A DNA stretch of 64,000 nt from a virus. The translations under genes were made by a program, and so were the position numbers. Of the stretch, positions 17,604 through 27,703 are shown one piece after another. Under the pieces are notes generated by a model. That model worked only from the letters and a program-made list of their open reading frames with translations, did no database searches and had not been told where the DNA came from. The stretch lies in the IMG/VR virus record IMGVR_UViG_3300045988_159113, one strand, 5' to 3'. Each line of letters begins with the position of its first letter. Positions within the stretch are counted from its first letter, which is position 1.

Positions 17604-18609
17604 ATACAAATATTACATTTACGAAAATCTTTCAAGTAGACTTGTATGTCTTGATCTTATCATAGGAGCTTTCGTGTCTGATTTCGTTAATGTGTATAGC
17701 ATGCAAACTTGTCAGTACGAATTCAAAGATAAGAAATTTGAGACAGCTTATGAATTCCTATCTTATTTAAGACTTTTGAATTCTTCGACTGCTATGAATT
17801 ATGAGAATGATTTTGGAATCAGACCTCCGTATAAAGTAGATCAAAAAATCATCGGACCAAGACTTTATACATATTTTGAATTCAAAAGTTCGGCTGTAAG
17901 TTTTACACCATCTATAGTTCCAAATTTGCATCTAAATAAACCGATTGACAAATTCTTTGCAAATACAAAAGGCCAGCGTTTTGACATAGAGTATATGATA
18001 AAGTTGCATAACTTTCTCATTAACTCGATGGTTATAAGTCCATTGCTCAAAAGTGGCACCAACCAAGTTGGCACCTATCAATTTCTGATTAGGTATGCTG
18101 ATGGAAAAACTACGACTGCTATAATTAATCGCGGCGCATGCGAAAATCGTTGTTATCTTTACGCACATTGTATGGCTAATGAAGAGATTTTCAACTCTTA
18201 CAATATTCCAAAAAGAGAGATCTTAAAGATCTTAGAAGATGCCGGGTTTGAATGGCACGGAAGATGGCCTGAAACGAATATGCAAACCGTCTATAAGATC
18301 ATCGACTACATCAATCAGCACTACTATGCTTTTTGTTCATCTGTAGACGACGATTTTGTAGTTTCTGATTCTGGCATTTCATATTGCGGAATTATCTTCA
18401 AAATCAAGCAACATAGAAATGGTAAGTGGTATATCGACGGAGATATCACGAAAATCATTTCTATGTTTAAGATGCCAGACATAACAGAATTTAGGAATTT
18501 TATTAACAAAGTTCTTGGAAGAAAATTCAGAAAAGGAGTTTTTCCTGAATGCGACTCAAAGGAAGAAATTATAAAACTTTTAAATGAAATAACAAAATGT
18601 CCAACTTAA
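17596..18609 (+). CDS. tandem array member A5
   Basis: FGIRPPY; RFDIEYMIKLHNFLINSMVISP; WHGRWPETNMQTVYKIIDYIN; KIKQHRNGKWYIDGD; RKGVFPECDSKEEIIKLLNEI. Confidence 0.8.
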   Translation: MSKYKYYIYENLSSRLVCLDLIIGAFVSDFVNVYSMQTCQYEFKDKKFETAYEFLSYLRLLNSSTAMNYENDFGIRPPYKVDQKIIGPRLYTYFEFKSSAVSFTPSIVPNLHLNKPIDKFFANTKGQRFDIEYMIKLHNFLINSMVISPLLKSGTNQVGTYQFLIRYADGKTTTAIINRGACENRCYLYAHCMANEEIFNSYNIPKREILKILEDAGFEWHGRWPETNMQTVYKIIDYINQHYYAFCSSVDDDFVVSDSGISYCGIIFKIKQHRNGKWYIDGDITKIISMFKMPDITEFRNFINKVLGRKFRKGVFPECDSKEEIIKLLNEITKCPT

Positions 18610-19610
18610 TACCCGACTTAAAATACTGGTATTATTCCAAGAAATCTAAGCATCTCATCAAACTTGGGTTCTCGTCTACCGATGATTGGGCTATTACTCT
18701 TGTAAGTTTTCCGTTTACTTATTCAACACCTTGTGAGTTTTATAAGTTCGAAAATGAACGAGACCTTGTCTTCTTCTGCAACGGACACAACCGCGAAGTG
18801 GAGAAAAAGTACAATGAAATCTACAAGATCAAACCGCCATATAATCTTCGGACATTCCTGGATTATACGGGAGAGAATGTGGCATGCTTGTTCATTTATA
18901 AAGGGCGCGCGCTCGCGTTCAAGGATATGCAGTCTATACCAGATTTGAATAGGGCGTTTTGGAATCCAAAAGATGATGCACTTGTTTATGACTTCTTTAA
19001 AGAATGCGACGGCGAATTGTTTGATGTCGCTTTTCTCTTGAAGCTCCACAAATTCGCTTTGGAAAATATGATCTTTACACCCGAGATAACACTCAATGGC
19101 AAAGTAGATTTCAATGTCAAGGTTAAAAACCAAGTGTACCACGCAAGAGTTCAAGGTGGTTATTATCCAGGAAAGTCATATTTTCTTCACTTTTATAAGA
19201 TAAGTAATGATGTAGTCTTTAAGTATTATAAAATACCAGAAAAGACTATTTCAGACTTATTTTCTGTTAGAGAAGGATTATGGCCATACTCCGACGAGAA
19301 GACGCTTTACGCTATTATTGATTTCGTAAATGAATCAAGATACGCGAACTTTTTATCTCAGAAAATAAGCATCAAGGATAACGTCATCACTTGCCAGTTT
19401 GGAATGTTTACCATAGAACAGAACAAAAAGGGGAAGTGGTATCTCAAAGGAGACATCGATGGTATACTCCACATGTTCAATCTCGGCACTGCTGCTGAGT
19501 TAAAAGTATATGTGAACAATATTCTTGGTGTAAAAAGAAGAGCTGGCGTCTTCCCTGAGTGTGAGACGAAGGAGGAAGTTATAAAGCTTTTAAACAAGGT
19601 AACAGAATGA
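18597..19610 (+). CDS. tandem array member A6
   Basis: YKIKPPY; LHKFALENMIFTP; WPYSDEKTLYAIIDFVN; EQNKKGKWYLKGD; RAGVFPECETKEEVIKLLNKV. Confidence 0.8.
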   Translation: MSNLIPDLKYWYYSKKSKHLIKLGFSSTDDWAITLVSFPFTYSTPCEFYKFENERDLVFFCNGHNREVEKKYNEIYKIKPPYNLRTFLDYTGENVACLFIYKGRALAFKDMQSIPDLNRAFWNPKDDALVYDFFKECDGELFDVAFLLKLHKFALENMIFTPEITLNGKVDFNVKVKNQVYHARVQGGYYPGKSYFLHFYKISNDVVFKYYKIPEKTISDLFSVREGLWPYSDEKTLYAIIDFVNESRYANFLSQKISIKDNVITCQFGMFTIEQNKKGKWYLKGDIDGILHMFNLGTAAELKVYVNNILGVKRRAGVFPECETKEEVIKLLNKVTE

Positions 19611-20617
19611 ATACATTAAAATACTGGTATTATTCCAAGAAGCAAAAGACATTTGCTTTTCTTGGATTCCCGTCTATTGATGATTCACATATCTCACGTG
19701 TACAATTTCCAATTACTATTTCTGATTCTTCTGGGCCTCACAGGTTCACTAACGAGAATGCACTTGTTTCTTATTGTGCTGAGCACAACCGACAAGTAGA
19801 GAAAGAGTACGAGGAAACATTCAAAATAGAACCTCCATATCTCTTACAGCCATATATTGATTACGATGGCAGTATGACGTATTATGTTTATTACAGAGAT
19901 CGTGAGCTTGTATTTGAAGATATGCATGTCATTCCTAAGCTTAACAAAGACATTTGGAATACTGTGGAAGATGCTCCTATTTACGAATTTCTTAGAAGGC
20001 ATCGCGGTCAACTGTTTGATTCTGCGATGATGACACAGTTTCACAAGTTCGCGCTGGCGAATGAAGTGTTCTCTCCATGTCATGCGACCTTTGGACGTGT
20101 TAGGTTTGCAGTGAAGCTAGGGGATCGCATAAGTATTGCAGAAGTTTGTGGACGTCTTAGCAGAGAAGACCCTTGCTTCTTGAACTTTGACAGCAAAGCA
20201 GAGTCAAACAAAGAGGTTTTCGAGTATTACAACATATCACGAGAATATCTTTCCAATCTCTTCCACATCGATACAACAGGAGATTGGCCGTACTCTGCAA
20301 AACAAACAGTGTATGACATCATCAATTACATAAACAGTACAAAATACGCGAACTGTTCGATACCTCAGGGAATAATTATTCAAGGCAATGTTGTCAAGTA
20401 TCAATCTGCAACATTTACCATAGAGCAAACTAAAAACTCAAAGTGGTATTTGTGCGGTGATATTAATAGCATCCTTGAAATGTTCGGGCTCGATAGCAAA
20501 GATAAGCTAAGAACATATGTGAATAGTATTCTCGGAGAGAAGAAAAGATCCGGAATCTTTCCTGAATGTGAAACAAGAGAGGAAATCAAGAAACTCATAA
20601 CATCAATAACAACATGA
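19607..20617 (+). CDS. tandem array member A7
   Basis: FKIEPPY; FHKFALANEVFSP; WPYSAKQTVYDIINYIN; EQTKNSKWYLCGD; RSGIFPECETREEIKKLITSI. Confidence 0.8.
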   Translation: MNTLKYWYYSKKQKTFAFLGFPSIDDSHISRVQFPITISDSSGPHRFTNENALVSYCAEHNRQVEKEYEETFKIEPPYLLQPYIDYDGSMTYYVYYRDRELVFEDMHVIPKLNKDIWNTVEDAPIYEFLRRHRGQLFDSAMMTQFHKFALANEVFSPCHATFGRVRFAVKLGDRISIAEVCGRLSREDPCFLNFDSKAESNKEVFEYYNISREYLSNLFHIDTTGDWPYSAKQTVYDIINYINSTKYANCSIPQGIIIQGNVVKYQSATFTIEQTKNSKWYLCGDINSILEMFGLDSKDKLRTYVNSILGEKKRSGIFPECETREEIKKLITSITT

Positions 20618-21624
20618 ACAATTTTGCATATTATGTATATAACGACATCAATAATTGTGTTTATAGTCTTGATCTTTTAAGTGAGACAGTAACCAAGTCG
20701 CTTGATTTTTGGATTAATACTCATACTGGATATCATTTTTTCCATGAAATATTTAATTCAAAACCCGAGCTTTTGAGATGTCTGAATGATATGAATCAGG
20801 CAACGGCTAATTCATACACTAGGACATTTTTGATAGATCCGCCGTATTACGTAAAGCAGTCATGGCAGCCAGTAACGAACATATTGTCAACTCGTATAAC
20901 AGCCTATAATATGACCTGTACATTCATTGCAGAAGGAGGAGGTCCTACTGGTTGTGAAAATGGCACGGAGTTCGAGAAGTTTCTTTTTATGAATAGAGAA
21001 AAGCGTTTCGATATTTATTATCTTGCACGCATTCATAAGTTTCTTATCAAATCTAAAATTGTTAGACCAGTTGTGAATGATGGGAGAGCCTTGCCTAGGT
21101 TAATTGACGATATACTGTTCAATGTTGCCCTTGGTACTGGTGATACAACAACAGCAAAGATTGATAAATTCAGTGGGTTTTTCCTCAACCTCAAAGGTTG
21201 TACTAATGACCAGATCTTCAAGACTTACGGAATAGAAAAAGCAAGTCTTCAAAGATTCCTGACTAAGCCAATGGTCGCTACTCAGTATTGGCCAGAGGAC
21301 ACGCTGGATTCATTGGCTAAGATTATCAACTATATCAACAACAACTTCTACGCTTTTTGCGGTCCGAAAACAACATTGTCAATTTCTGGTAATGAAATTA
21401 TGTTTTTCGGAACTTCTCTTTTCGTTTCACAATTGAAGAATGGGAAGTGGTACATCAAAGGTGATATGGAAAAGATATGTCAGCTGTTTGGTGTATCCAC
21501 TTGTGTAGAGCTTAGGCGTTTTGTTGATAGAACACTTGGGGAGAAAATACGCCATGGTATATTTCCCGAGTGTGATTCGAGAGATGAGATTTTTAAATTA
21601 CTAGATAAAGTGAAAAATGTCTGA
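20614..21624 (+). CDS. tandem array member A8
   Basis: FLIDPPY; IHKFLIKSKIVRP; YWPEDTLDSLAKIINYIN; SQLKNGKWYIKGD; RHGIFPECDSRDEIFKLLDKV. Confidence 0.8.
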   Translation: MNNFAYYVYNDINNCVYSLDLLSETVTKSLDFWINTHTGYHFFHEIFNSKPELLRCLNDMNQATANSYTRTFLIDPPYYVKQSWQPVTNILSTRITAYNMTCTFIAEGGGPTGCENGTEFEKFLFMNREKRFDIYYLARIHKFLIKSKIVRPVVNDGRALPRLIDDILFNVALGTGDTTTAKIDKFSGFFLNLKGCTNDQIFKTYGIEKASLQRFLTKPMVATQYWPEDTLDSLAKIINYINNNFYAFCGPKTTLSISGNEIMFFGTSLFVSQLKNGKWYIKGDMEKICQLFGVSTCVELRRFVDRTLGEKIRHGIFPECDSRDEIFKLLDKVKNV

Positions 21625-22600
21625 TTTAAAATATCTATATTATTCAATTAAACAAGGGAAGCTTCTAGCTCTTTATCTTGAAGATGGAAAGTTTGACCTT
21701 TACCCTGTAAGATTTCCGTTTGAATTTGAATCGAAAACTTTTTCTGGTCCAACTGGACTTGTTCTTTTTTGTGAAAGTTATAACAAAACAACAGCGAAGA
21801 AGTACAGGAAGCTTTACGGAATCAAACCACCATATGTTCTTCATACTTATATTGGTATCGGAGGAGAAGTTGTGTGTTTATTTACTTTTCACGGGAACAA
21901 ATTGTCTGTTACTGATGGATTGGACTTTCCAAAATTAAACACTACAATTTGGAATCAGGAAATTGATGCGCCACTTGATAACTTCTGCAAACAACACCAA
22001 GACAAAATGTTCAACTTGTCGGCAGTGATTGCATTTCACAGGTTCTTCATTGATAGCATGGTTATCGCACCGATAGGTCCCGGCTATTTTAATGCAAAAC
22101 TTGACGGGATTATTTATCATACTGAGATAAGAGCAGATTCAGATTTTTGGTATCTGTATTTTTCAAATTCTCTATCAAACGATCATATCTTTGAGTATTA
22201 TAATATACCAAAAGATGAAGTTTTGGAAGTGATAAACCAAAAGCATTGGGCTGGGGCTTGGCCAGAGTCAAGTAAAGAAAACCTGTTCAAACTTATTGAT
22301 TATATCAACAGAAGGTACTATGCAAATTTTGTATACGAGAGTTTTAAGATCACGGAAAATTCTATCGTGTCCAATTTTGGATGTTTGGATTTCAAGCAGA
22401 ACAAGAAGAGTGGCGGCTGGTTCCTATCCGGGAATATGAATGTCATTCTCGCTTTGTTCAAACTTGAATCTATAGGAGATTTGAAAGCTCGTGCGAATGA
22501 AATTCTCGGAAAACAAAAACGAAGTGGTATTTTCCCAGAATGTGATTCGAAAACAGAACTCATTGCACTCATAAAAACAATTAAAGATGAACGCAGATAA
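21617..22600 (+). CDS. tandem array member A9
   Basis: YGIKPPY; FHRFFIDSMVIAP; AWPESSKENLFKLIDYIN; KQNKKSGGWFLSGN; RSGIFPECDSKTELIALIKTI. Confidence 0.8.
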   Translation: MSDLKYLYYSIKQGKLLALYLEDGKFDLYPVRFPFEFESKTFSGPTGLVLFCESYNKTTAKKYRKLYGIKPPYVLHTYIGIGGEVVCLFTFHGNKLSVTDGLDFPKLNTTIWNQEIDAPLDNFCKQHQDKMFNLSAVIAFHRFFIDSMVIAPIGPGYFNAKLDGIIYHTEIRADSDFWYLYFSNSLSNDHIFEYYNIPKDEVLEVINQKHWAGAWPESSKENLFKLIDYINRRYYANFVYESFKITENSIVSNFGCLDFKQNKKSGGWFLSGNMNVILALFKLESIGDLKARANEILGKQKRSGIFPECDSKTELIALIKTIKDERR

Positions 22601-23564
22601 TGTATATTATCTTTTCTATGATCAGGTAAATCAAGAATTGATAAAGCTGGATCTGTTGGAACTTTCTGACTTACCAAACAAAACATGTTTCGTAACTTTC
22701 CCGTTTGTGCTCAATGGTAAATATGCGCACAATGGTCATGACTTGGTTAACTTAATTAACGAGTATAACGGAAGAGTCTATAACAGGTATCAGGATGAGT
22801 ACAAGATCAAACCGCCGTATTTCATAAAATGTGCATATAATCAAATCGGACGTGTTGATGTTTCCATATTCTACAAGAAAAAACATTTCTTGTTTTATGA
22901 TAATAAGATAAGCAATCCTGACGATTATCCTATTATTGATTCTTTCGTTTCCAAGCATAAGTCTCTACCATTCTGCGGTGTCTATATGAAGAAACTTCAT
23001 GAGTTCATTATGGATAACCAAATCGTGCGCCCAAATCCAAAACCAGGAGGCATTTATTTCAATGTTGTGATAAAGGGCAAGATTTACAAGGCTTATATTT
23101 GTAAAGAAAGTACCGATCATTGTTTTCTCTCTTTCCCATTAACAGGAAACAGATATGCCTTTGATTGTTATAATATAAGCGAGGAAGAAGTGTTGAATGT
23201 TCTTGGTATCAATGAGTGGCAAGGTGATTGGCCTGAAACACCAGAAAGAAAAGTGTATGTTCTGCTTGATTATATCAACGAGAACCGTATGGCTGGACCT
23301 GTTATCGACAGGTTAAAGATAGACGGCAATAAGATCATCACATCTTTTGCTGAGTTCGAGATAAAGCAAACGAAGACTGGCAAGTGGTATATTCGGGGAA
23401 ATATTGAGCAGATATGCTTGTTGTTTAAAGTTCCTAATATTACGGAACTCAAACATCTTGTCAACAAGATAATTGGCAACAAGATACGGCACGGTGTCTT
23501 TCCGGAATGTGATTCGAGAGAAGAGGTCACGAAACTTTTAAAATCAATTAGAGATGACAGATAA
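22587..23564 (+). CDS. tandem array member A10
   Basis: YKIKPPY; LHEFIMDNQIVRP; DWPETPERKVYVLLDYIN; KQTKTGKWYIRGN; RHGVFPECDSREEVTKLLKSI. Confidence 0.8.
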   Translation: MNADNVYYLFYDQVNQELIKLDLLELSDLPNKTCFVTFPFVLNGKYAHNGHDLVNLINEYNGRVYNRYQDEYKIKPPYFIKCAYNQIGRVDVSIFYKKKHFLFYDNKISNPDDYPIIDSFVSKHKSLPFCGVYMKKLHEFIMDNQIVRPNPKPGGIYFNVVIKGKIYKAYICKESTDHCFLSFPLTGNRYAFDCYNISEEEVLNVLGINEWQGDWPETPERKVYVLLDYINENRMAGPVIDRLKIDGNKIITSFAEFEIKQTKTGKWYIRGNIEQICLLFKVPNITELKHLVNKIIGNKIRHGVFPECDSREEVTKLLKSIRDDR

Positions 23565-24513
23565 GTTTTATTATCTTTTTTATGACCGTATAAACGGAAA
23601 GATAATCAGATTAGATTTGTTTAACGCTAACCTATCAATAGGCGAAGCCGTTTCTGTGATGTTTCCATGGGCAATTGATGGGAGGCTTACACATAATGAT
23701 GGCGAAGTAGTGATGGCGATCAACAAACACAACCAAAGAACATATAAACGATATATTGAGAAGTTTAAAATCAGACCTCCGTACTATATCGAAAATGTGC
23801 TCGGCGTTCGTGGTATGATCAATGCTATTGTTACTTACAAAAGTAGGTCACTTTTGCTTAAAGAGTACATGCTTGTCGACAAGTATAATGATGTCGCTCC
23901 ATTCTTTGCTAAATATGACTATGCGAAGTTTAACATCTGTTATATGATAGGGCTTCACAAGTATATCTTGGACAATCAGATCATACGTCCTAGCAAACAT
24001 AATAGCGGAATGTTTAGCGTCATGATACTTGGTAAAAGCTATATCGCGAATGTTGTAGTTTCACTAGATCATTGCTTCCTTAACATAGAAGGTATATCAA
24101 ACGGAGCAGTCTTCAATCATTATAAAATAGGTAAATCAAAAGTCCTTGAAGTACTCAGGATAGACAAATGGTACGGAGACTGGCCAGAGACTACCGAAGA
24201 CAAGGTGTACGAGTTAATCAACTATATCAACGAGTGCAGAAGCTCAAGCACTAATCCTGATAAAGTTGAGATAAGCGGAAATGAAATCATCACAGATTTT
24301 GCTAGACTTGAAATAAAGCAAAGCAAAAATGGTAAATGGTATATCAGTGGCTCGCTCGAGAATATATTGAAATTGTTTCATATTGACGACCAAGTCGAGT
24401 TGAAGCAAATGGTCAATAACCTTTTCGGATCTAAGCGACGCGCTGGTGTATTCCCTGAACTTGATTCTCGTGATGATGTTATTAAACTAATCAAAGTAAC
24501 GCAACATGAATAG
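23554..24513 (+). CDS. tandem array member A11
   Basis: FKIRPPY; LHKYILDNQIIRP; DWPETTEDKVYELINYIN; KQSKNGKWYISGS; RAGVFPELDSRDDVIKLIKV. Ends in TAG. Confidence 0.8.
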   Translation: MTDKFYYLFYDRINGKIIRLDLFNANLSIGEAVSVMFPWAIDGRLTHNDGEVVMAINKHNQRTYKRYIEKFKIRPPYYIENVLGVRGMINAIVTYKSRSLLLKEYMLVDKYNDVAPFFAKYDYAKFNICYMIGLHKYILDNQIIRPSKHNSGMFSVMILGKSYIANVVVSLDHCFLNIEGISNGAVFNHYKIGKSKVLEVLRIDKWYGDWPETTEDKVYELINYINECRSSSTNPDKVEISGNEIITDFARLEIKQSKNGKWYISGSLENILKLFHIDDQVELKQMVNNLFGSKRRAGVFPELDSRDDVIKLIKVTQHE

Positions 24514-25558
24514 AGAAACTGATTTCTTTTATCTATTTTACAATAGAACCAACAAATACTTGGTACAGTTGGATCTGTTGAGTAATTACTCGGAGAATAT
24601 ATCTTGTCGAACAGTAGATGGCGATAAGTACAAGCTGTATGGCAAGTATTTCAAAGCAGAGGATGAGTTTATCCAAGCTGTTAATGATTTCAATGTGTCG
24701 ATGGCTCAAAAGTATTTTAGCAAGTTCAAGATTCTTGCACCGTATAGATTAGAGTGTCAGCTCTTATTCTATATAGACGGAGGGGCAGACTACAACATAT
24801 ACATCTCAACACATGACAGATGCTATCGTTTCATTTATGGCAAGGAAACGCCTGCAAACTTTATAGAATTTGCACGTATCCGCAATATAGAGCCGGGGAC
24901 TTTCAATCTTCGCTATATGCTGAACCTACATACTGCACTTTTGAACTCTGCAGTGTTCAGGGCTGGATATGACAGGGGCAAGTTCTGTTATACTGTAAAC
25001 TGTGGAGAAAATTCTTTCTGTGCTCATATCGCGAAGTCAAGAGTAAGAGCTGGCTGTTATTTCCTAGCCTTTAGTCCTAATATTCCGAATGACTACGTCT
25101 TCGCGTATTACAACGTCAATAGGCAAAACATCAAGGATCTCTTGACTGTAGACTCCTGGACCGGAAAGTGGCCCGAGGATGTCGAGTCGACAATCTACGC
25201 GATCATGCAGTATATGAACAGAACATATATCGCAAATGCCAATTTTAGTTTTGTAATAGATGATGATGCTGTCATGTTCAACGGTACCAGATACCCATTC
25301 AAACAAGCAAAGAAGGGAGGCTGGTTCTTGTCTGGCAATATTGAGAAGATACTTCAGATGTTCGGTCTTGATAGTGTCGACTCATTACGTAAGACAGCGA
25401 ACCTATATCTTGGAGCAAAGAACAGACCGGGAGTTTTCCCAGAATGCGACACAAAAGAAGAGTTGATAAACTTGATTAAAATGTTCAAAGATGGAGAGCG
25501 AAAAATCAAAATTTCCGGTTCTTCTGTACTTCGATCCATGCAGCCGGATGATCTATAA
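24506..25558 (+). CDS. tandem array member A12 (C-terminal extension overlapping A13 by 68 nt)
   Basis: FKILAPY; LHTALLNSAVFRA; KWPEDVESTIYAIMQYMN; KQAKKGGWFLSGN; RPGVFPECDTKEELINLIKMF. An extra 20-odd residues follow the point where the other members stop. Confidence 0.8.
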   Translation: MNRETDFFYLFYNRTNKYLVQLDLLSNYSENISCRTVDGDKYKLYGKYFKAEDEFIQAVNDFNVSMAQKYFSKFKILAPYRLECQLLFYIDGGADYNIYISTHDRCYRFIYGKETPANFIEFARIRNIEPGTFNLRYMLNLHTALLNSAVFRAGYDRGKFCYTVNCGENSFCAHIAKSRVRAGCYFLAFSPNIPNDYVFAYYNVNRQNIKDLLTVDSWTGKWPEDVESTIYAIMQYMNRTYIANANFSFVIDDDAVMFNGTRYPFKQAKKGGWFLSGNIEKILQMFGLDSVDSLRKTANLYLGAKNRPGVFPECDTKEELINLIKMFKDGERKIKISGSSVLRSMQPDDL

Positions 25559-26510
25559 GTTCCCGCTTATCTGGACAACGGACATAGAACACTTGAAGTT
25601 CGAGATACTTATTGAAGAACTCGGATCAAGTACTGTATGGTTTCGTGGTATGAAATATGAGAACACGGAGGAACTCCTGCGTTTTATATCCAAAGAGAAC
25701 GAGAAGACGCGTAAAAAGTATAAAGAGAAATATGGCATTTTTCCGCCATATGTTATTACTCAATGTACTTTTAACACGACTTATTCAATTTGTATTAGAA
25801 CGCACAATTGCGAAAACTATGCTGTGTTTTTATTTGAAGATGGGGAAAAGCTTCCTGAGTGTATTGCAAATGGAGAAGTTCCTGTTTTTCGCAATGCAGA
25901 AATTAAAGCTAGCGATAGGTTTAATATTAAAACACTCATCAAGTTGCATAACTCCATCGTCTCAAATTATGTAGTACGTCCTGCGATTTATTTGGATTGT
26001 TGTGATAGGTATGTTGCAAAAATAAACGGCACGCTTTATGATGCTAGGATTGTTAGAGTTGCTGATAATACTTTCTATTTACAGTTTTTCACGATTCCCA
26101 GCATAAAACTTTTTAAGTATTATGACATAAAGTTTACAGAATACGAGCCTATCATATCTCATGACTTCCGTTTGATGGATGGCTATATCCCTGTGGATAA
26201 TAAAGAGCACATCCTAAAAATTCTTGACTTCATCAATAGTAAGCGCTGTGCTATGGAGTATGCATCGTTTACTATCAAAAGCGATACTATCCTAAGTAAT
26301 GGATGTATGTTCAAGATAGTCCAAACGCCAACTGGCAAGTGGTACATAAAGGGTAAGAGTGACGACTTCCCTAAGGTGTTCAAGTGCTCAAGTATGGAGG
26401 AGATCAGAGAGTTTGCGATCAAGCTATTCGGGCGAAGGATTACTGGAGTATTCCCAGAGTGCAACACCAGGGAAGAGTTGTTAACTTTAATCGAGAAGAT
26501 GAAGAAATGA
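25491..26510 (+). CDS. tandem array member A13
   Basis: YGIFPPY; LHNSIVSNYVVRP; IPVDNKEHILKILDFIN; VQTPTGKWYIKGK; ITGVFPECNTREELLTLIEKM. Confidence 0.8.
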   Translation: MESEKSKFPVLLYFDPCSRMIYKFPLIWTTDIEHLKFEILIEELGSSTVWFRGMKYENTEELLRFISKENEKTRKKYKEKYGIFPPYVITQCTFNTTYSICIRTHNCENYAVFLFEDGEKLPECIANGEVPVFRNAEIKASDRFNIKTLIKLHNSIVSNYVVRPAIYLDCCDRYVAKINGTLYDARIVRVADNTFYLQFFTIPSIKLFKYYDIKFTEYEPIISHDFRLMDGYIPVDNKEHILKILDFINSKRCAMEYASFTIKSDTILSNGCMFKIVQTPTGKWYIKGKSDDFPKVFKCSSMEEIREFAIKLFGRRITGVFPECNTREELLTLIEKMKK

Positions 26511-27532
26511 TAATCCAACTTTTAGAAGAACCGACTTATCTATACTTTGACCAGATGGTGATGAAAGTCTACCAGCTGCCAATAATGCATACGATACAGT
26601 TGTCGGCTGTTGAAGTTTACAACGTACGACATCCTCAAGGCATCATGTCAATGCGCGAACGAGAAGTTGACCTATGGTTTCGAGATGCGCATTACAACAC
26701 GATCGGTGATCTCTTGAAGTATATAAACAAGAGAAACGAGAGAATGTTCAAATATTACGTTGAGAAATTCGGAATTTCTCCTGCTTACTTTTTGGACCAA
26801 GAAGCTGATGCGGATAATGTAGTCATTACCACTATTGTAACACATCTCGATTCTTACCGTTTTGAATGTGATGGTCGGATAGATTATGAAATAATAGAGA
26901 AGACTATTCCCGTTTTCAGTTATGCAGACATCAAAGAAGATGACCGTTTTGGCGCAGAAGTTCTGGTGAAGATGCACAACTCCATCATCAAAAACCAGGT
27001 GATAAAACCCACCATATACAAGAACGTTTACACCGTAAGAATGGGCGATTTGTTTGCAAAAGCAAAAATCGATACGATGGATATAGGTAGGGTGCCTGGC
27101 TATCATTTGCATTTTCTATCTTATCATGATAGGATTGTTTTTGATTATTACCACATACGATATTCTGACTTTGCTTATGTGATCCCTGATACCGAATTGA
27201 GTAACGGGATACCTGTTGGCCCAGAAGAAGATATCAGAAAGCTCATCAACTATATCAATATGACATATTGCGTTTGTGAGGGCTCAAAGTTTAGTGTGAA
27301 TGATAATATTATCATCTGCAATAAGCACAAGCTTGAAATTACACAAACGCGAAACGGCAAATGGTATATCAAGGGTGATGTTTTACTCGCTTTTGGGTTG
27401 GATAGTATGGAGGCAATCAGAAAGGCTGCGTCTGATCTCTTCGGTAAAAAGAGGATGAACGGAGTATTCCCGGAATGCGATTCCAAGGAAGACCTCCTGC
27501 GACTCGTTGAAGTTCTTAGAAAATACAGGTGA
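26507..27532 (+). CDS. tandem array member A14 (last)
   Basis: Start set at the ATG at 26507 (ATGA overlap; MIIQLLEEPTYLYFDQ matches the N-termini of A10-A13). FGISPAY; MHNSIIKNQVIKP; TQTRNGKWYIKGD; MNGVFPECDSKEDLLRLVEVL. Confidence 0.8.
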   Translation: MIIQLLEEPTYLYFDQMVMKVYQLPIMHTIQLSAVEVYNVRHPQGIMSMREREVDLWFRDAHYNTIGDLLKYINKRNERMFKYYVEKFGISPAYFLDQEADADNVVITTIVTHLDSYRFECDGRIDYEIIEKTIPVFSYADIKEDDRFGAEVLVKMHNSIIKNQVIKPTIYKNVYTVRMGDLFAKAKIDTMDIGRVPGYHLHFLSYHDRIVFDYYHIRYSDFAYVIPDTELSNGIPVGPEEDIRKLINYINMTYCVCEGSKFSVNDNIIICNKHKLEITQTRNGKWYIKGDVLLAFGLDSMEAIRKAASDLFGKKRMNGVFPECDSKEDLLRLVEVLRKYR

Positions 27533-27703
27533 GATTTCGGGTTTTAACAAACCGATTTATTGATTTATGTCAAGAAATTTTCAAGCGATTTGCTTTTTAG
27601 GATTTTAAATAGTATTATTGAAACGCTAACAAAAAAGTAATGCTATGAGAAAAATTAAAAATGCTATCAAATGGGTTTCTAGGCGTATGTCTACGAATTC
27701 CTA

